Part shown: positions 22,297 through 32,401 of the stretch, one piece after another
How positions within the stretch are numbered: position 1 is the stretch's first letter
Layout: each line of letters begins with the position of its first letter
NCBI GenBank assembly: GCA_045130665.1
Contig: JBGUQC010000004.1
Coordinates: 275,671 to 339,670 of the forward strand
DNA: 64,000 bases
Source of the DNA: Christensenellales bacterium
GTDB taxonomy: Bacteria > Bacillota > Clostridia > Christensenellales > CAG-917
Reading direction: 5' to 3'
Notes under the pieces: generated by a model
What the model was told of the DNA's origin: nothing
What the model saw: the letters and a program-made list of their open reading frames with translations, nothing else
Database searches by the model: none
Made by a program: the position numbers and the translations under genes

Positions 22297-23345
22297 TAGT
22301 CGTAATAATCTCTTAAGATTTTGATTCTGTTAGGTTGACGTAACTTAGATAAAGCTTTTGTCTCAATTTGACGAATTCTTTCTCTTGTTACATTGAACTC
22401 TTTACCAACTTCTTCAAGTGTTCTTTGTCTGCCATCGTCTATACCATATCTAAGACGAATAACTTTTTGCTCTCTTGGTGTAAGTGTTGAAAGAACCTTT
22501 AAAAGTAATTCTTTTAACATCTTGTTCTCAGCAACTTCAGATGGAGATAATGAGTTTGTATCCTCTAAAAAGTCTCCTAAATAAGAGTCATCTTCTTGTC
22601 CAACTGGTGTTTCGAAACTTACTGGGTCTTGAGAAATTCTTTGGATGTAAAGAATCTTTTCCTCTGGCATATCTAGTCTTTCAGCTAGTTCTGCTGTTGT
22701 TGGTTCTCTACCTTTCTCTTGAACTAATTGTCTTGTAACCTTTGCAAGTTTGGAAATAATGTCTCCCATGTGAACAGGAATACGAATAAGTCTGCCTTGG
22801 TCTGATATTGCTCTTTGAATACCTTGACGGATCCACCATGTAGCATATGTTGAGAACTTTAATTCTCTGTTGTAATCAAACTTATCAACAGCTTTCATTA
22901 AACCTACATTACCTTCTTGGATTAAATCTAAGAATTGTAAACCACGATTCATGTACTTCTTAGCAATAGAAACAACTAATCTTAAGTTGCAGTTAATAAG
23001 CTTATCTCTTGCAGCTTTGTCTCCTTGCTCAATTCTCTTTGCAAGGTCGATTTCTTCTTCTCTTGTTAAAAGTGGGTATTTACCAATATCACGTAAATAC
23101 ATCTTTACAGAGTCGTTAGTGTTTGCATCTGTAATGCCGTCTAACTTGATTTCTGGTTCTTGTTCAACATCCTTAATTTGAACATTTGCTTTGGCAAGTG
23201 CATCATAAACAGTTTCCATGTCGCTTGCATCTGCATTTAGATGCTCAAGTCTTGACATAAGTTCTTCGTCTGTTAATACACCTTTTTCTTGACCGATTTT
23301 AATTAATTGGTCTATTTGTTGTTGTAGTAATTCGTTTCTATCCAT
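22296..23345 (-). CDS. rpoD: Primary sigma factor SigA/RpoD
   Basis: [54 protein letters not shown]. Confidence 0.98.
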   Translation of the reverse strand: MDRNELLQQQIDQLIKIGQEKGVLTDEELMSRLEHLNADASDMETVYDALAKANVQIKDVEQEPEIKLDGITDANTNDSVKMYLRDIGKYPLLTREEEIDLAKRIEQGDKAARDKLINCNLRLVVSIAKKYMNRGLQFLDLIQEGNVGLMKAVDKFDYNRELKFSTYATWWIRQGIQRAISDQGRLIRIPVHMGDIISKLAKVTRQLVQEKGREPTTAELAERLDMPEEKILYIQRISQDPVSFETPVGQEDDSYLGDFLEDTNSLSPSEVAENKMLKELLLKVLSTLTPREQKVIRLRYGIDDGRQRTLEEVGKEFNVTRERIRQIETKALSKLRQPNRIKILRDYYD

Positions 23346-23370
23346 ATTACTCCCTTATAAAATTGATTAC

Positions 23371-25185
23371 TTAAATAATCTTGCTCTCAAGATCTTGCGC
23401 TAATAACTTTTGGTTAAGCACGCCTATATCTTGCATTATTTGCCTCTTTTCTTCTGTGGTTGCATCATTTAGTGATGCTTTCTTATTTTGAATTGTTGCT
23501 CTGATATAATCATTGGCTAATTGTATTAAACAATCCTTGTAATAATTTTCTTCAAGTATTTCGCTCGAAAAATCTCGCTTTTCATCTAAATAAGCGTTCA
23601 TCTCATCTGTTTGAGGAATGGCAGCGAACATATCTCCGATAATTATGTCCTCGGTGCCTTTTGATTTTATCCATTCAACAACAACCTTTGCTGTAGGTTC
23701 AGTAAACCAGTCAACGTTTATTATTTCTCTATTTACATATTTTGCATTGTAAAGCATTCTACTAATTACAAATCTCATTCTAGAAATGCTTGCCTGTTCT
23801 GCCTTTGTTCTTCCAACGCTTGGCTTGGTTTCTTGTTCTTCAGCTGGGGCTGAGTTGGTATTGTGACTTAATTTGTATTTCTTTGTATCTGCTATAACAG
23901 AGTTCTTGCTTACCCTACCTATTTGGGCAACCATATTAGCATAAATATCTAAGTCTGTTTCATTATTTAATGTTGCAAGAGCAATCTTTGCCACACTTAA
24001 ATATTTAGATCTGCCTGAACTTGTGGATAAATCGTTTGTGTCTAAACAGCGCTTTAGTCTGTATTCAATTAAAGACATGCCTTGACTTAGATAATTCTTG
24101 AAGCCTTCTGCTCCCTCTGTCTTAATTACTTCATCTGGATCCATGCCGTTTGGTAAACAAACAATCTTAATCTCTAATCCTGCACTCTCTAGCATAGGAG
24201 CATTTTTATTTGTTGCCTTAATTCCGGCTTCATCTCCGTCATAACAAACATATACACTCTGTGTATTCTTCTTAATCTCTGCAATTTGTCCATCTGTTAA
24301 AGCAGTGCCCATACCTGCAATTGCATTATTAATGCCTGCAGCACCTAAAGCAATGACATCCATATATCCTTCAACAAGAATGAGACTCTCGTATTTCTCA
24401 CCTTTAATTCTTGCATCTCTGATATAGTTCAAACCATATACCATTCTGCTCTTTTCAAAGACTTCGTTGGTATTTGAGTTTTTATACTTAGATGGATTAC
24501 CTTTATCTGCTTCTCTATATATTCTTCCGCCGAAAGCAACTACTTTTCCAAATGGATCATAAATAGGAACGATTAATCTGTTTGCAAATGAGTCTATATG
24601 CTTATCTCCATATATAAGTCCACATGCCTCTATATCTGCAATAGAATATCCCTTTCTTCTTAAATAGCCTTGTAATTGTTCTTCACCTAATGAAACACCA
24701 AGTCTGTATTTTTCTATAATATCTGTACCAAATCCTCTGCCAGCAAGATATTCCATAGCCTCTTTGCCTTTGTCTGAGGAAGTTAGGTTTAAATAGTATA
24801 GCCTGTTTGCATCTAACATTAATTGTTGTAGATGCTCCCTTCTATCCTTCTTTTTCTTGTGTTCATCATCAGATTCATGTTCTGGTAGTGTCATGTTAGC
24901 TCTGTCTGCAAGTATCTTTACTGCATCCCAATAACTAACTTGCTCGATTTCCATTACGAACTTAATTACATCTCCACCTTTTCCACAGCCGAAACAATGG
25001 TAATATCCCTGATCTTCATGGACATAGAAAGATGGTGTCTTTTCATTGTGGAAAGGACAACAACATACCCAGTCTGAACCTCTGGACTTTTTTAGAACAA
25101 CATAGGAATTAATAACATCTTTAATGTTACTTCTAAGTCTAAGTTCTTTTATAAAATCTTCTATTTTTTGTTTATCAATTGCCAC
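23371..25185 (-). CDS. dnaG: DNA primase
   Basis: CHC2 finger CPFHNEKTPSF..HCFGC, KYKNS, EGYMDV, YDGDEAG, DPDE. Likely GTG start at 25185 after SD GAGG. Confidence 0.97.
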   Translation of the reverse strand: MAIDKQKIEDFIKELRLRSNIKDVINSYVVLKKSRGSDWVCCCPFHNEKTPSFYVHEDQGYYHCFGCGKGGDVIKFVMEIEQVSYWDAVKILADRANMTLPEHESDDEHKKKKDRREHLQQLMLDANRLYYLNLTSSDKGKEAMEYLAGRGFGTDIIEKYRLGVSLGEEQLQGYLRRKGYSIADIEACGLIYGDKHIDSFANRLIVPIYDPFGKVVAFGGRIYREADKGNPSKYKNSNTNEVFEKSRMVYGLNYIRDARIKGEKYESLILVEGYMDVIALGAAGINNAIAGMGTALTDGQIAEIKKNTQSVYVCYDGDEAGIKATNKNAPMLESAGLEIKIVCLPNGMDPDEVIKTEGAEGFKNYLSQGMSLIEYRLKRCLDTNDLSTSSGRSKYLSVAKIALATLNNETDLDIYANMVAQIGRVSKNSVIADTKKYKLSHNTNSAPAEEQETKPSVGRTKAEQASISRMRFVISRMLYNAKYVNREIINVDWFTEPTAKVVVEWIKSKGTEDIIIGDMFAAIPQTDEMNAYLDEKRDFSSEILEENYYKDCLIQLANDYIRATIQNKKASLNDATTEEKRQIMQDIGVLNQKLLAQDLESKII

Positions 25186-25301
25186 GAGCAACCTCTATAT
25201 TTATAAAAAATATAAATAAGCAAAATTTTGCCTATGCATAAGTATTATACGTTTATTTTTTTAAAATTTTTAAATTATTGTAAAAATTATTAAATTTTTG
25301 C

Positions 25302-27311
25302 TTAAATCCAGTACAATCTTGGCAATAATCCGGCAACAATGTTCCATGCATTCTCTGGATTCTTGGTTATGTCTACGACATTTTTGTATTGCTTGAATCC
25401 AATCAAATACAATGTCTTTAATACTGCAGTTGCTGTCTTATCATTGAGATTACTAATGTTATATGACTTCAATTGAGAGTTTGCATAAGTTTGCAATGTA
25501 TTACTATCTATAGCTGTGTTTCTAATTTCAACATATTGTTGTCCACTGAAACCAACCATCTCTTCTTTGTAATAGTAATATGCTGCAACTTTTCTTTCCT
25601 CTGTATCTAAATATGACTCGTCATATAAACTGTTCTTAATTTCATCAGATAATGTTAAAATTACAATGTTTAATTTTCCGGCATTTCTTGGAACTTTTGA
25701 ATCTTTTGTAATTTCCATTCTTGCAGTGATTAATCCACCTGTTACAAAGCATCCATCTAATCCAGCATTGGTGCTTAATCCAGCGATATTAACCTCTATC
25801 TTATCATCAGTAAATGGTGAGTTTGTCTTTGCAATAACTGAGATAGATCCATCTCTATATGAATACATTAAATCTGTGTTTACTTGTCCACAAATTCCAC
25901 CAACATTCACTAATAGTGAACCTCTGTTCAATTCAGCATCTTCGTTAAGTGCTCCAACTAATGCACAGTTATGAATTGCAATGTCTATTGTTTGTGGTCC
26001 CATTGCATAACCAACTACACCACCAACACAGATATTTGTATTGATTCTGTTGTGGATATTAGAGTTACTATCACTCTTGAATTTATGTGATATTCTTGTT
26101 ACCTCAACAAAGCAGTTGATAACTGTTAAATTGCCATCTCCATCATGTGCACCTAAGATACCACCAAAGATAGAACTTGCTTGGTTAACTTGAGTGTCTG
26201 AATTGCTCTTATCGAATGCTTCATGCTCTACTGAAACATTACCATTTAGATAACATTGGTCGAATAAACATTCGCCCTTTGCATTTCCACAAATACCGCC
26301 AACATATAAATTGTATGAACGAGTATTGTAAATACGCATTTGTCCTGTTGTATTATTGCTTCCACCAGTTGCAGTTGTAGTAAAACTACAATATGTCATT
26401 TTTGAGTTTATAGCTTCACCACATATTCCACCAACTATATTGGCATCATCTGATACTGTACCATATGAAATATAGTTAACAGAGCCATATACACTTACAT
26501 GGCTAATTGTTGTATCTGTTGCTTGTCCAACAAGAACACCAGCTGGAAGAATTGCTTCTCCACCTTCTTGGCAAAGTTCAACATCTTCTAAAACTAAGTT
26601 TCTAATAATTGCACCATCTGTCTTCGCAAATAATCCCTTTGCACTTGTGGATGTATCTGTGACAATAGATAGTCCCTTGATCTTATGTCCGTTACCTTCT
26701 AAGATACCTGAGAATGAATAGTTTTTATCTCCAAATAAAGGAGCAATCTCTGTTCTTAAAATAGTTGTTATTTCTTCACCAGTATCTGGATCTGCTGAAG
26801 TTGTAAATGTGAAATCTGTAAAGTCTATATCGTTTGCAAGAGCATATGAAAGCGTCGCATTAGATGCATTTGCATCTATTGTTAAGAATTCCTCTGGTGT
26901 TGAGATCAAATCGAAGTTGCTACTTTCTGAACTGTTCTTCTTTTCAGCAACCTCGTTTTGAACAAGATAAACTCCATCTGTACTTCCATCTGTACTATAG
27001 ATTGTCATTATGCCATTCTCATAATTACAAATCATGTATGTAGCTAGAGTATTCTTTCTAAGGGTTACTGTGCTTCCCTTAATTTCATATACACCACCGG
27101 TATTATCAGATGCATTCCAAGTATAATCTGGATTTAAATGTACCCAAACTGCTGGGTTTACTTTTGCATTATCTGCTGGATTATTTGAAGTAGAATAAAA
27201 ATAGTATCCATGGTTAATGGAAACATTATTAGTTTTGTTACATGCTGCAAGTGCACACACGCACAAAATTATTAACACTATGACTAATAATATACTTATT
27301 TTCTTATTCAT
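25302..27311 (-). CDS. Large surface lipoprotein with GLUG-like / beta-helix repeats
   Basis: Lipobox LAAC; YALANDIDF..FSGILEGNGHKIKGL..GLF entry motif; repeated VGGICG/FGGILG/VGGVVG units. Confidence 0.75.
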   Translation of the reverse strand: MNKKISILLVIVLIILCVCALAACNKTNNVSINHGYYFYSTSNNPADNAKVNPAVWVHLNPDYTWNASDNTGGVYEIKGSTVTLRKNTLATYMICNYENGIMTIYSTDGSTDGVYLVQNEVAEKKNSSESSNFDLISTPEEFLTIDANASNATLSYALANDIDFTDFTFTTSADPDTGEEITTILRTEIAPLFGDKNYSFSGILEGNGHKIKGLSIVTDTSTSAKGLFAKTDGAIIRNLVLEDVELCQEGGEAILPAGVLVGQATDTTISHVSVYGSVNYISYGTVSDDANIVGGICGEAINSKMTYCSFTTTATGGSNNTTGQMRIYNTRSYNLYVGGICGNAKGECLFDQCYLNGNVSVEHEAFDKSNSDTQVNQASSIFGGILGAHDGDGNLTVINCFVEVTRISHKFKSDSNSNIHNRINTNICVGGVVGYAMGPQTIDIAIHNCALVGALNEDAELNRGSLLVNVGGICGQVNTDLMYSYRDGSISVIAKTNSPFTDDKIEVNIAGLSTNAGLDGCFVTGGLITARMEITKDSKVPRNAGKLNIVILTLSDEIKNSLYDESYLDTEERKVAAYYYYKEEMVGFSGQQYVEIRNTAIDSNTLQTYANSQLKSYNISNLNDKTATAVLKTLYLIGFKQYKNVVDITKNPENAWNIVAGLLPRLYWI

Positions 27312-27320
27312 ACCTATGAT

Positions 27321-27350
27321 ATGTTAACATAAAAACCCTAAAAAAATCAA
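27321..27350 (-). promoter_or_regulatory. Putative SigA promoter of the 669-aa lipoprotein (near-leaderless)
   Basis: TTGATT-18 bp-TG-t-TAACAT, 9 nt before the ATG. Confidence 0.5.
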
Positions 27351-27361
27351 TGTTTTATAAC

Positions 27362-27389
27362 AAAAGGCACCCCACTTTCGCAAGGTGCC
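27362..27389 (-). terminator. ppdK terminator
   Basis: GGCACCTTGC-GAAA-GTGGGGTGCC-TTTT. Confidence 0.85.
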
Positions 27390-27423
27390 AATGTATATTT
27401 TAATGTTTACAATGCTAAATTAA

Positions 27424-30090
27424 TTATCTTGGATATTTAATGTTAGCTTGTGCTGCTGCCAAACGAGCAATTGGTACTCTGAATGGTGAGCATGATACAT
27501 AGTTGAGGCCAACTTTATGACAGAACTCGATTGTTGAAGGATCTCCACCATGTTCGCCACAGATTCCAAGGTGAATGTCTGGACGTGTTGCACGACCTAA
27601 TTCAGCTGCCATCTTAACGAGTTTACCAACACCAACTTGGTCTAATCTTTGGAATGGATCACTTTCGTAAATCTTCTTGTCATAGTATGCACCTAAGAAC
27701 TTACCTGCATCATCACGTGAGAATCCGAATGTCATTTGTGTTAAGTCATTTGTACCAAATGAGAAGAATTCAGCTTCTTTTGCGATTTCGTCTGCTGTTA
27801 ATGCTGCTCTTGGGATTTCGATCATTGTACCAACTTTGTACTTGAGGTCTTCACCAGATGCTGCAATACATTCATCTGCTGTCTTACATACGATCTTCTT
27901 GACATATGCTAATTCCTTAACTTCACCAACTAATGGGATCATGATTTCTGGAACATTTGCCCAGTCTGGATGACGATGTTTAACTGCAATAGCTGCTTGG
28001 ATAACTGCCTTTGTTTGCATTACTGCGATTTCTGGATATGTAACTGCGAGACGGCATCCTCTGTGACCCATCATTGGGTTGAATTCATGTAATGATGCAA
28101 TCTTGTCTTTTAATTCCTTAACGGAAATCTTCATATCTTTTGCAAGTGCTTCGATTTCTTCTTCTGCTGTTGGAACGAATTCATGAAGAGGTGGATCTAA
28201 GAAACGGATAACAACTGGGCATCCTTCTAATGCTTCATAGAGTCCTTCGAAGTCTTTTTGTTGCATTGGTAATAATTTTGCGAGTGCAGCTTCTCTTTGT
28301 TCTACTGTATCAGAAACGATCATTTCACGCATTGCATGAATTCTATCTGGATCGAAGAACATATGTTCTGTTCTGCAGAGACCAATACCTTGTGCACCGA
28401 ATGCTCTTGCTTGTTTTGCATCCTTTGGTGTATCAGCATTTGTTCTAACTTGTAATGAACGATATTTATCTGCCCATCCCATGATTCTTCCGAAGTAACC
28501 TGAATTTACATCTGCTGGAACTGTTGCGATTTCGCCTTGATATACAGCACCTGTGCTTCCATCTAATGACATCATGTCACCTTCATGGAATGTAATTCCA
28601 TTGATTACGAATACTTTTCCATCTTCATCGATAGAAACTTTGTTTGGATCTGAACCACAACCAGATACACAGCATGTACCCATACCACGTGCAACAACTG
28701 CTGCGTGTGATGTCATACCGCCACGAACTGTTAAGATACCTTGTGCATAGTGCATACCTTCGATATCTTCTGGGGATGTTTCTAATCTAACTAAGATAAC
28801 TCTCTTTATTCCTTTGTTTACAACCCAATCTACTGCATCTTCTGCTGTGAATACTACTTGTCCACATGCTGCACCTGGTGATGCTGGTAATGCTGTTGCG
28901 ATAGGTTTTGCTGCCTTTAATGCTTTTGCTTCGAATTGTGGGTGTAATAATGCATCAAGTTGTTTTGGATCGATCATGCAAACAGCTTGCTTTTCATCAA
29001 TCATACCCTCATCTACTAAGTCACATGCAACTTTGATAGCTGCTGTAGCTGTTCTCTTACCATTACGTGTTTGAAGCATGAATAACTTTCCATCTTCAAC
29101 TGTGAATTCCATGTCTTGCATGTCATGGTAGTGCTTTTCGAGTGTGTCAACAATCTTTAAGAATTGATTGTAAACATCTGGCATTTCTTCTTGTAACTTT
29201 GTGATAGGTGATGGTGTACGAACACCTGCAACAACGTCTTCACCTTGTGCATTAAGTAAATATTCACCGAATAATCCCTTTTCACCTGTTGCTGGGTTAC
29301 GTGAGAATGCAACACCTGTACCTGATGTATTACCTGTGTTACCGAATACCATCTCTTGTACGTTAACTGCTGTACCCCAATCTCCTGGGATATCATTCAT
29401 TCTACGATAGTAGATAGCACGTGGGTTGTCCCATGAACGGAAAACTGCTTTAACAGCACCCATTAATTGATCTCTTGGATCTTGTGGGAAGTCTGCGCCT
29501 AAAGCTGCTTTATATTTTGCTTTGAATAATTCTGCGAGTGCTTTTAAATCTTCAGCTGTTAATTCTGTGTCTTGCTTTACACCCTTCTTTTCTTTCATTT
29601 CGTCAATTAAGCTTTCAAAGTCTTTCTTTGAAACTTCCATAACAACGTCTGAATACATTTGAATGAAACGACGATAGCTATCATATGCGAAACGTGGGTT
29701 GTTTGTCTTCTTAGCAAATGCTTCAACGACTACGTCGTTTAAACCTAAGTTAAGAATTGTATCCATCATACCAGGCATTGATGCACGAGCACCTGAACGA
29801 ACTGATACTAAGAGTGGATTTTCTAAGCTACCAAGAACTTTTCCTGTTTGTTCTTCTAGTTTTGCGATTGCAGCTGTGATTTGTTCTTGAATTTCTGCGT
29901 TGATTTGCTTGTCATCATTGTAGTATTGTGTACAAGCTTCTGTTGAAATTGTGAATCCACGTGGGACTGGCATTCCAAGTTTTGTCATTTCTGCAAGGTT
30001 TGCGCCTTTGCCACCGAACATAGCACGTCTTTCTGCTTCTACTGTGCTATAGTCTGCAGCTTCTTTAAACATGTAAACATATTTTTTCAT
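27424..30090 (-). CDS. ppdK: Pyruvate, phosphate dikinase
   Basis: GGKGANLAEM, LLVSVRSGA..SMPGMMDTILNLG, phospho-His in GGMTSHAAVVAR, GLCRTEHMF, VSCSPFRVP. Confidence 0.98.
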   Translation of the reverse strand: MKKYVYMFKEAADYSTVEAERRAMFGGKGANLAEMTKLGMPVPRGFTISTEACTQYYNDDKQINAEIQEQITAAIAKLEEQTGKVLGSLENPLLVSVRSGARASMPGMMDTILNLGLNDVVVEAFAKKTNNPRFAYDSYRRFIQMYSDVVMEVSKKDFESLIDEMKEKKGVKQDTELTAEDLKALAELFKAKYKAALGADFPQDPRDQLMGAVKAVFRSWDNPRAIYYRRMNDIPGDWGTAVNVQEMVFGNTGNTSGTGVAFSRNPATGEKGLFGEYLLNAQGEDVVAGVRTPSPITKLQEEMPDVYNQFLKIVDTLEKHYHDMQDMEFTVEDGKLFMLQTRNGKRTATAAIKVACDLVDEGMIDEKQAVCMIDPKQLDALLHPQFEAKALKAAKPIATALPASPGAACGQVVFTAEDAVDWVVNKGIKRVILVRLETSPEDIEGMHYAQGILTVRGGMTSHAAVVARGMGTCCVSGCGSDPNKVSIDEDGKVFVINGITFHEGDMMSLDGSTGAVYQGEIATVPADVNSGYFGRIMGWADKYRSLQVRTNADTPKDAKQARAFGAQGIGLCRTEHMFFDPDRIHAMREMIVSDTVEQREAALAKLLPMQQKDFEGLYEALEGCPVVIRFLDPPLHEFVPTAEEEIEALAKDMKISVKELKDKIASLHEFNPMMGHRGCRLAVTYPEIAVMQTKAVIQAAIAVKHRHPDWANVPEIMIPLVGEVKELAYVKKIVCKTADECIAASGEDLKYKVGTMIEIPRAALTADEIAKEAEFFSFGTNDLTQMTFGFSRDDAGKFLGAYYDKKIYESDPFQRLDQVGVGKLVKMAAELGRATRPDIHLGICGEHGGDPSTIEFCHKVGLNYVSCSPFRVPIARLAAAQANIKYPR

Positions 30091-30137
30091 TAAAAAGAGT
30101 CCTCCTGTCTATAACTCATATATATGATTTGCGTAAT

Positions 30138-30166
30138 ATTATACGCGCCATAATTAAATTAATCAA
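30138..30166 (-). promoter_or_regulatory. SigA promoter of ppdK
   Basis: TTGATT-17 bp-TATAAT; SD AGGAGG downstream. Confidence 0.7.
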
Positions 30167-30245
30167 GATTTTTTAGATAAATAATATAACAAAAAATTTA
30201 AATATTGTTGGCTAATTCTTTGCAATTTTATGCCTTTTAAAATAC

Positions 30246-30275
30246 AAAAAACCACAAGCCGAAACCTGTGGTTTT
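30246..30275 (-). terminator. Terminator after the 663-aa membrane protein gene
   Basis: AAAACCACA...TGTGGTTTT stem with a T-run on the minus strand. Confidence 0.7.
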
Positions 30276-30308
30276 CGATATTCTAACGATATATTTTGGT
30301 TTAATTTA

Positions 30309-32300
30309 TTATTTTGCCATCTTAATGGAAACTAAGATTTTGAGCAAGCATGTTAAGATGATATTTTTCTCTTCTGGTTGATCCTTGAAGCTCTTAAATG
30401 CTTGGAGTAAGAAGATACACATCTTAATCTTTACATTCTTAGATACTTTGCTGGATGAACACATGAAGTTTACAAGTTGTGGTAACTTAGCAAAACGTGG
30501 TGGTGTAAATTCATCACTATCATCGATTGCTGCTTCTTCTGCTTCCATCATTTCAACTGCCTTTACATCGTCTTCAGATGGCTCTGGGATTTCTTCTAAA
30601 TCCTCATCTGCAAGTTCTTCTGCTGCAGCGATAACTTCTTCCTCGGCTGGTTTTTCCTCTACAGGTGCCTCTTCAACTGGAGTTTCTTCAGCTGGTGCTT
30701 CCTCTGTTGGAACTTCATCAATTGGAGCTTCTTCTGCTGGAGCTTCCTCAACTGGAGCTTTTCCTGCTTCTGCATCTTGAAGTGCTTGAGCCTCGCCATA
30801 ATCAAATCCTAAATTTGGATCTGTAACTTGCTCTGGATTAATGTCTAGGTCTACTCTTTCATCATTGTCGAATTCATTAGTAGATTCAACTTCAACAACT
30901 TCTTCTTGTGCGATCTCTTCTTTTGCTTTCTTGTTCTTTTTCTTAAATCCAAACATATCTTCGTCCTCTTTTATTATTTGTTCATCTAATTGCTTAATAT
31001 ATTGCTCGTCTTTGTAGCCATCTCTAAATGCATTACCGATCTTTTCTATAGAAAGATCTTCTTCACTATTAATTGATGGGACTTGTCTTTCTCTTTCTGG
31101 TAATGACTTAATTGCTAGTGCTGCACTAGCTAAAACCGCATTAAGAGTTGAATTATCATCTTCATTAACTGAAGATATGATTTCGTCGACATTAGAAATT
31201 ATATCACTTGGTTCTTCATTTGTCATTACCTCATTTTCTTCAACTTGTTGTTCTACAACAGGTTCTTCTTCAATTTGAAGTTCAACAACTTGAGGTTCCT
31301 CTATAACTTCCTCGACTTTTTCTTCAACTTCTTCAACTATTACAGGTTCTTCTATAGGTGCAGGTTCTTCAACCTTCTCTTCTTCCTTTTCTTCAACAAT
31401 TTCCTCAATTTTTAGTTGTTCTAATGGGGTCTCTTCTACAATTGGCTCTTCTTGTACTTCCTCAATTTGAGGTTCTTCTTGGACCTCTTCTACCTTTTCA
31501 ACAGGTGCTGGAGCTTGTTCTTGATTCAACTCTTGGTTAAACTTCAAAAGGATATCAATAGGTGCTGCAGGTTCAACTGCATACTCTCTCTCTTGAACAT
31601 CCTTGGATATATTCTTTGCAATAATTTCATCAACAATAGATGCGATATCTGAAAGTGGTGATGAATCAGCTGCATAGTCTTTTTCGATTTGTAATTGTGT
31701 TGCAGCATCTAAATCATCCTGCATTGTCTCGAATGCCTTAAGCGCGCGCTTGTATTCTATTTTTGCAGCAAGCACGAACAATAAATGAATAACTGCTACC
31801 AAAATAATTGCAACACCAGCAACAATGCCGAGTTTTTCTTTATACGCTGATCCCATGCAGAAGAAACTCAATATACCTACAATGAGGAAGGAAATAGCAA
31901 TAAACACAACAGATCTAATGTTTCTGTTGGATCCTACTTCTCTATCGAATACTTTTTCACGGGATATAATATCACTTGGATAACCAAATCTAACACCAAG
32001 GTATTGAATCCATGCTTCTCTTAATCTTCTAGGTGCCTGTTCTGAGAAACATTCCTTTGTAAATGCAGCAACGTTCTCATCGTCAATGATCTTATACTTG
32101 TTTTGGATAAGTTTTGAGATTTTCTTTGTTGCAAATCTAAGTTTTGCAATTCCAGAGAATGCATACGAAATTGCTATACCAATACCTAATGCTACAATTA
32201 ATGAAATGGCAATAATGGCAAAAATTTTAAAGTCTACTACTGAGGCTTTTTCGGCGCCACGAGCAACAGCATCAAATATCTTTCTTAGAAAATCCATCAT
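30309..32300 (-). CDS. Hypothetical membrane protein: N-terminal TM domain, very long acidic low-complexity region, basic helical C-terminus
   Basis: Three hydrophobic segments in the first ~180 aa; Glu/Pro/Val-rich middle; promoter TTGCAA-17-TATAAT at 32337-32365 and SD AGGGG. Confidence 0.8.
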   Translation of the reverse strand: MMDFLRKIFDAVARGAEKASVVDFKIFAIIAISLIVALGIGIAISYAFSGIAKLRFATKKISKLIQNKYKIIDDENVAAFTKECFSEQAPRRLREAWIQYLGVRFGYPSDIISREKVFDREVGSNRNIRSVVFIAISFLIVGILSFFCMGSAYKEKLGIVAGVAIILVAVIHLLFVLAAKIEYKRALKAFETMQDDLDAATQLQIEKDYAADSSPLSDIASIVDEIIAKNISKDVQEREYAVEPAAPIDILLKFNQELNQEQAPAPVEKVEEVQEEPQIEEVQEEPIVEETPLEQLKIEEIVEEKEEEKVEEPAPIEEPVIVEEVEEKVEEVIEEPQVVELQIEEEPVVEQQVEENEVMTNEEPSDIISNVDEIISSVNEDDNSTLNAVLASAALAIKSLPERERQVPSINSEEDLSIEKIGNAFRDGYKDEQYIKQLDEQIIKEDEDMFGFKKKNKKAKEEIAQEEVVEVESTNEFDNDERVDLDINPEQVTDPNLGFDYGEAQALQDAEAGKAPVEEAPAEEAPIDEVPTEEAPAEETPVEEAPVEEKPAEEEVIAAAEELADEDLEEIPEPSEDDVKAVEMMEAEEAAIDDSDEFTPPRFAKLPQLVNFMCSSSKVSKNVKIKMCIFLLQAFKSFKDQPEEKNIILTCLLKILVSIKMAK
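30639..30758 (-). repeat. Eight imperfect 15-bp tandem repeats encoding xPxEE pentapeptides
   Basis: APVEE-APAEE-APIDE-VPTEE-APAEE-TPVEE-APVEE-KPAEE. Confidence 0.85.
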
Positions 32301-32401
32301 TACCCCTAATTAAGTTAATATATAAACTTAACTTTTATTATAATCACATACGCATAAATTTGCAAGAATAAAATTTTTCGGGATAGTATTCGCGCGAGGT
32401 T

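Noticed and set aside
30116-30146. Palindromes TCATATATATGA and GCGTA-N6-TACGC near the ppdK promoter as operators
   Set aside because: Short or AT-only, and no match to cre or Rex consensus; not distinguishable from chance without comparative data.
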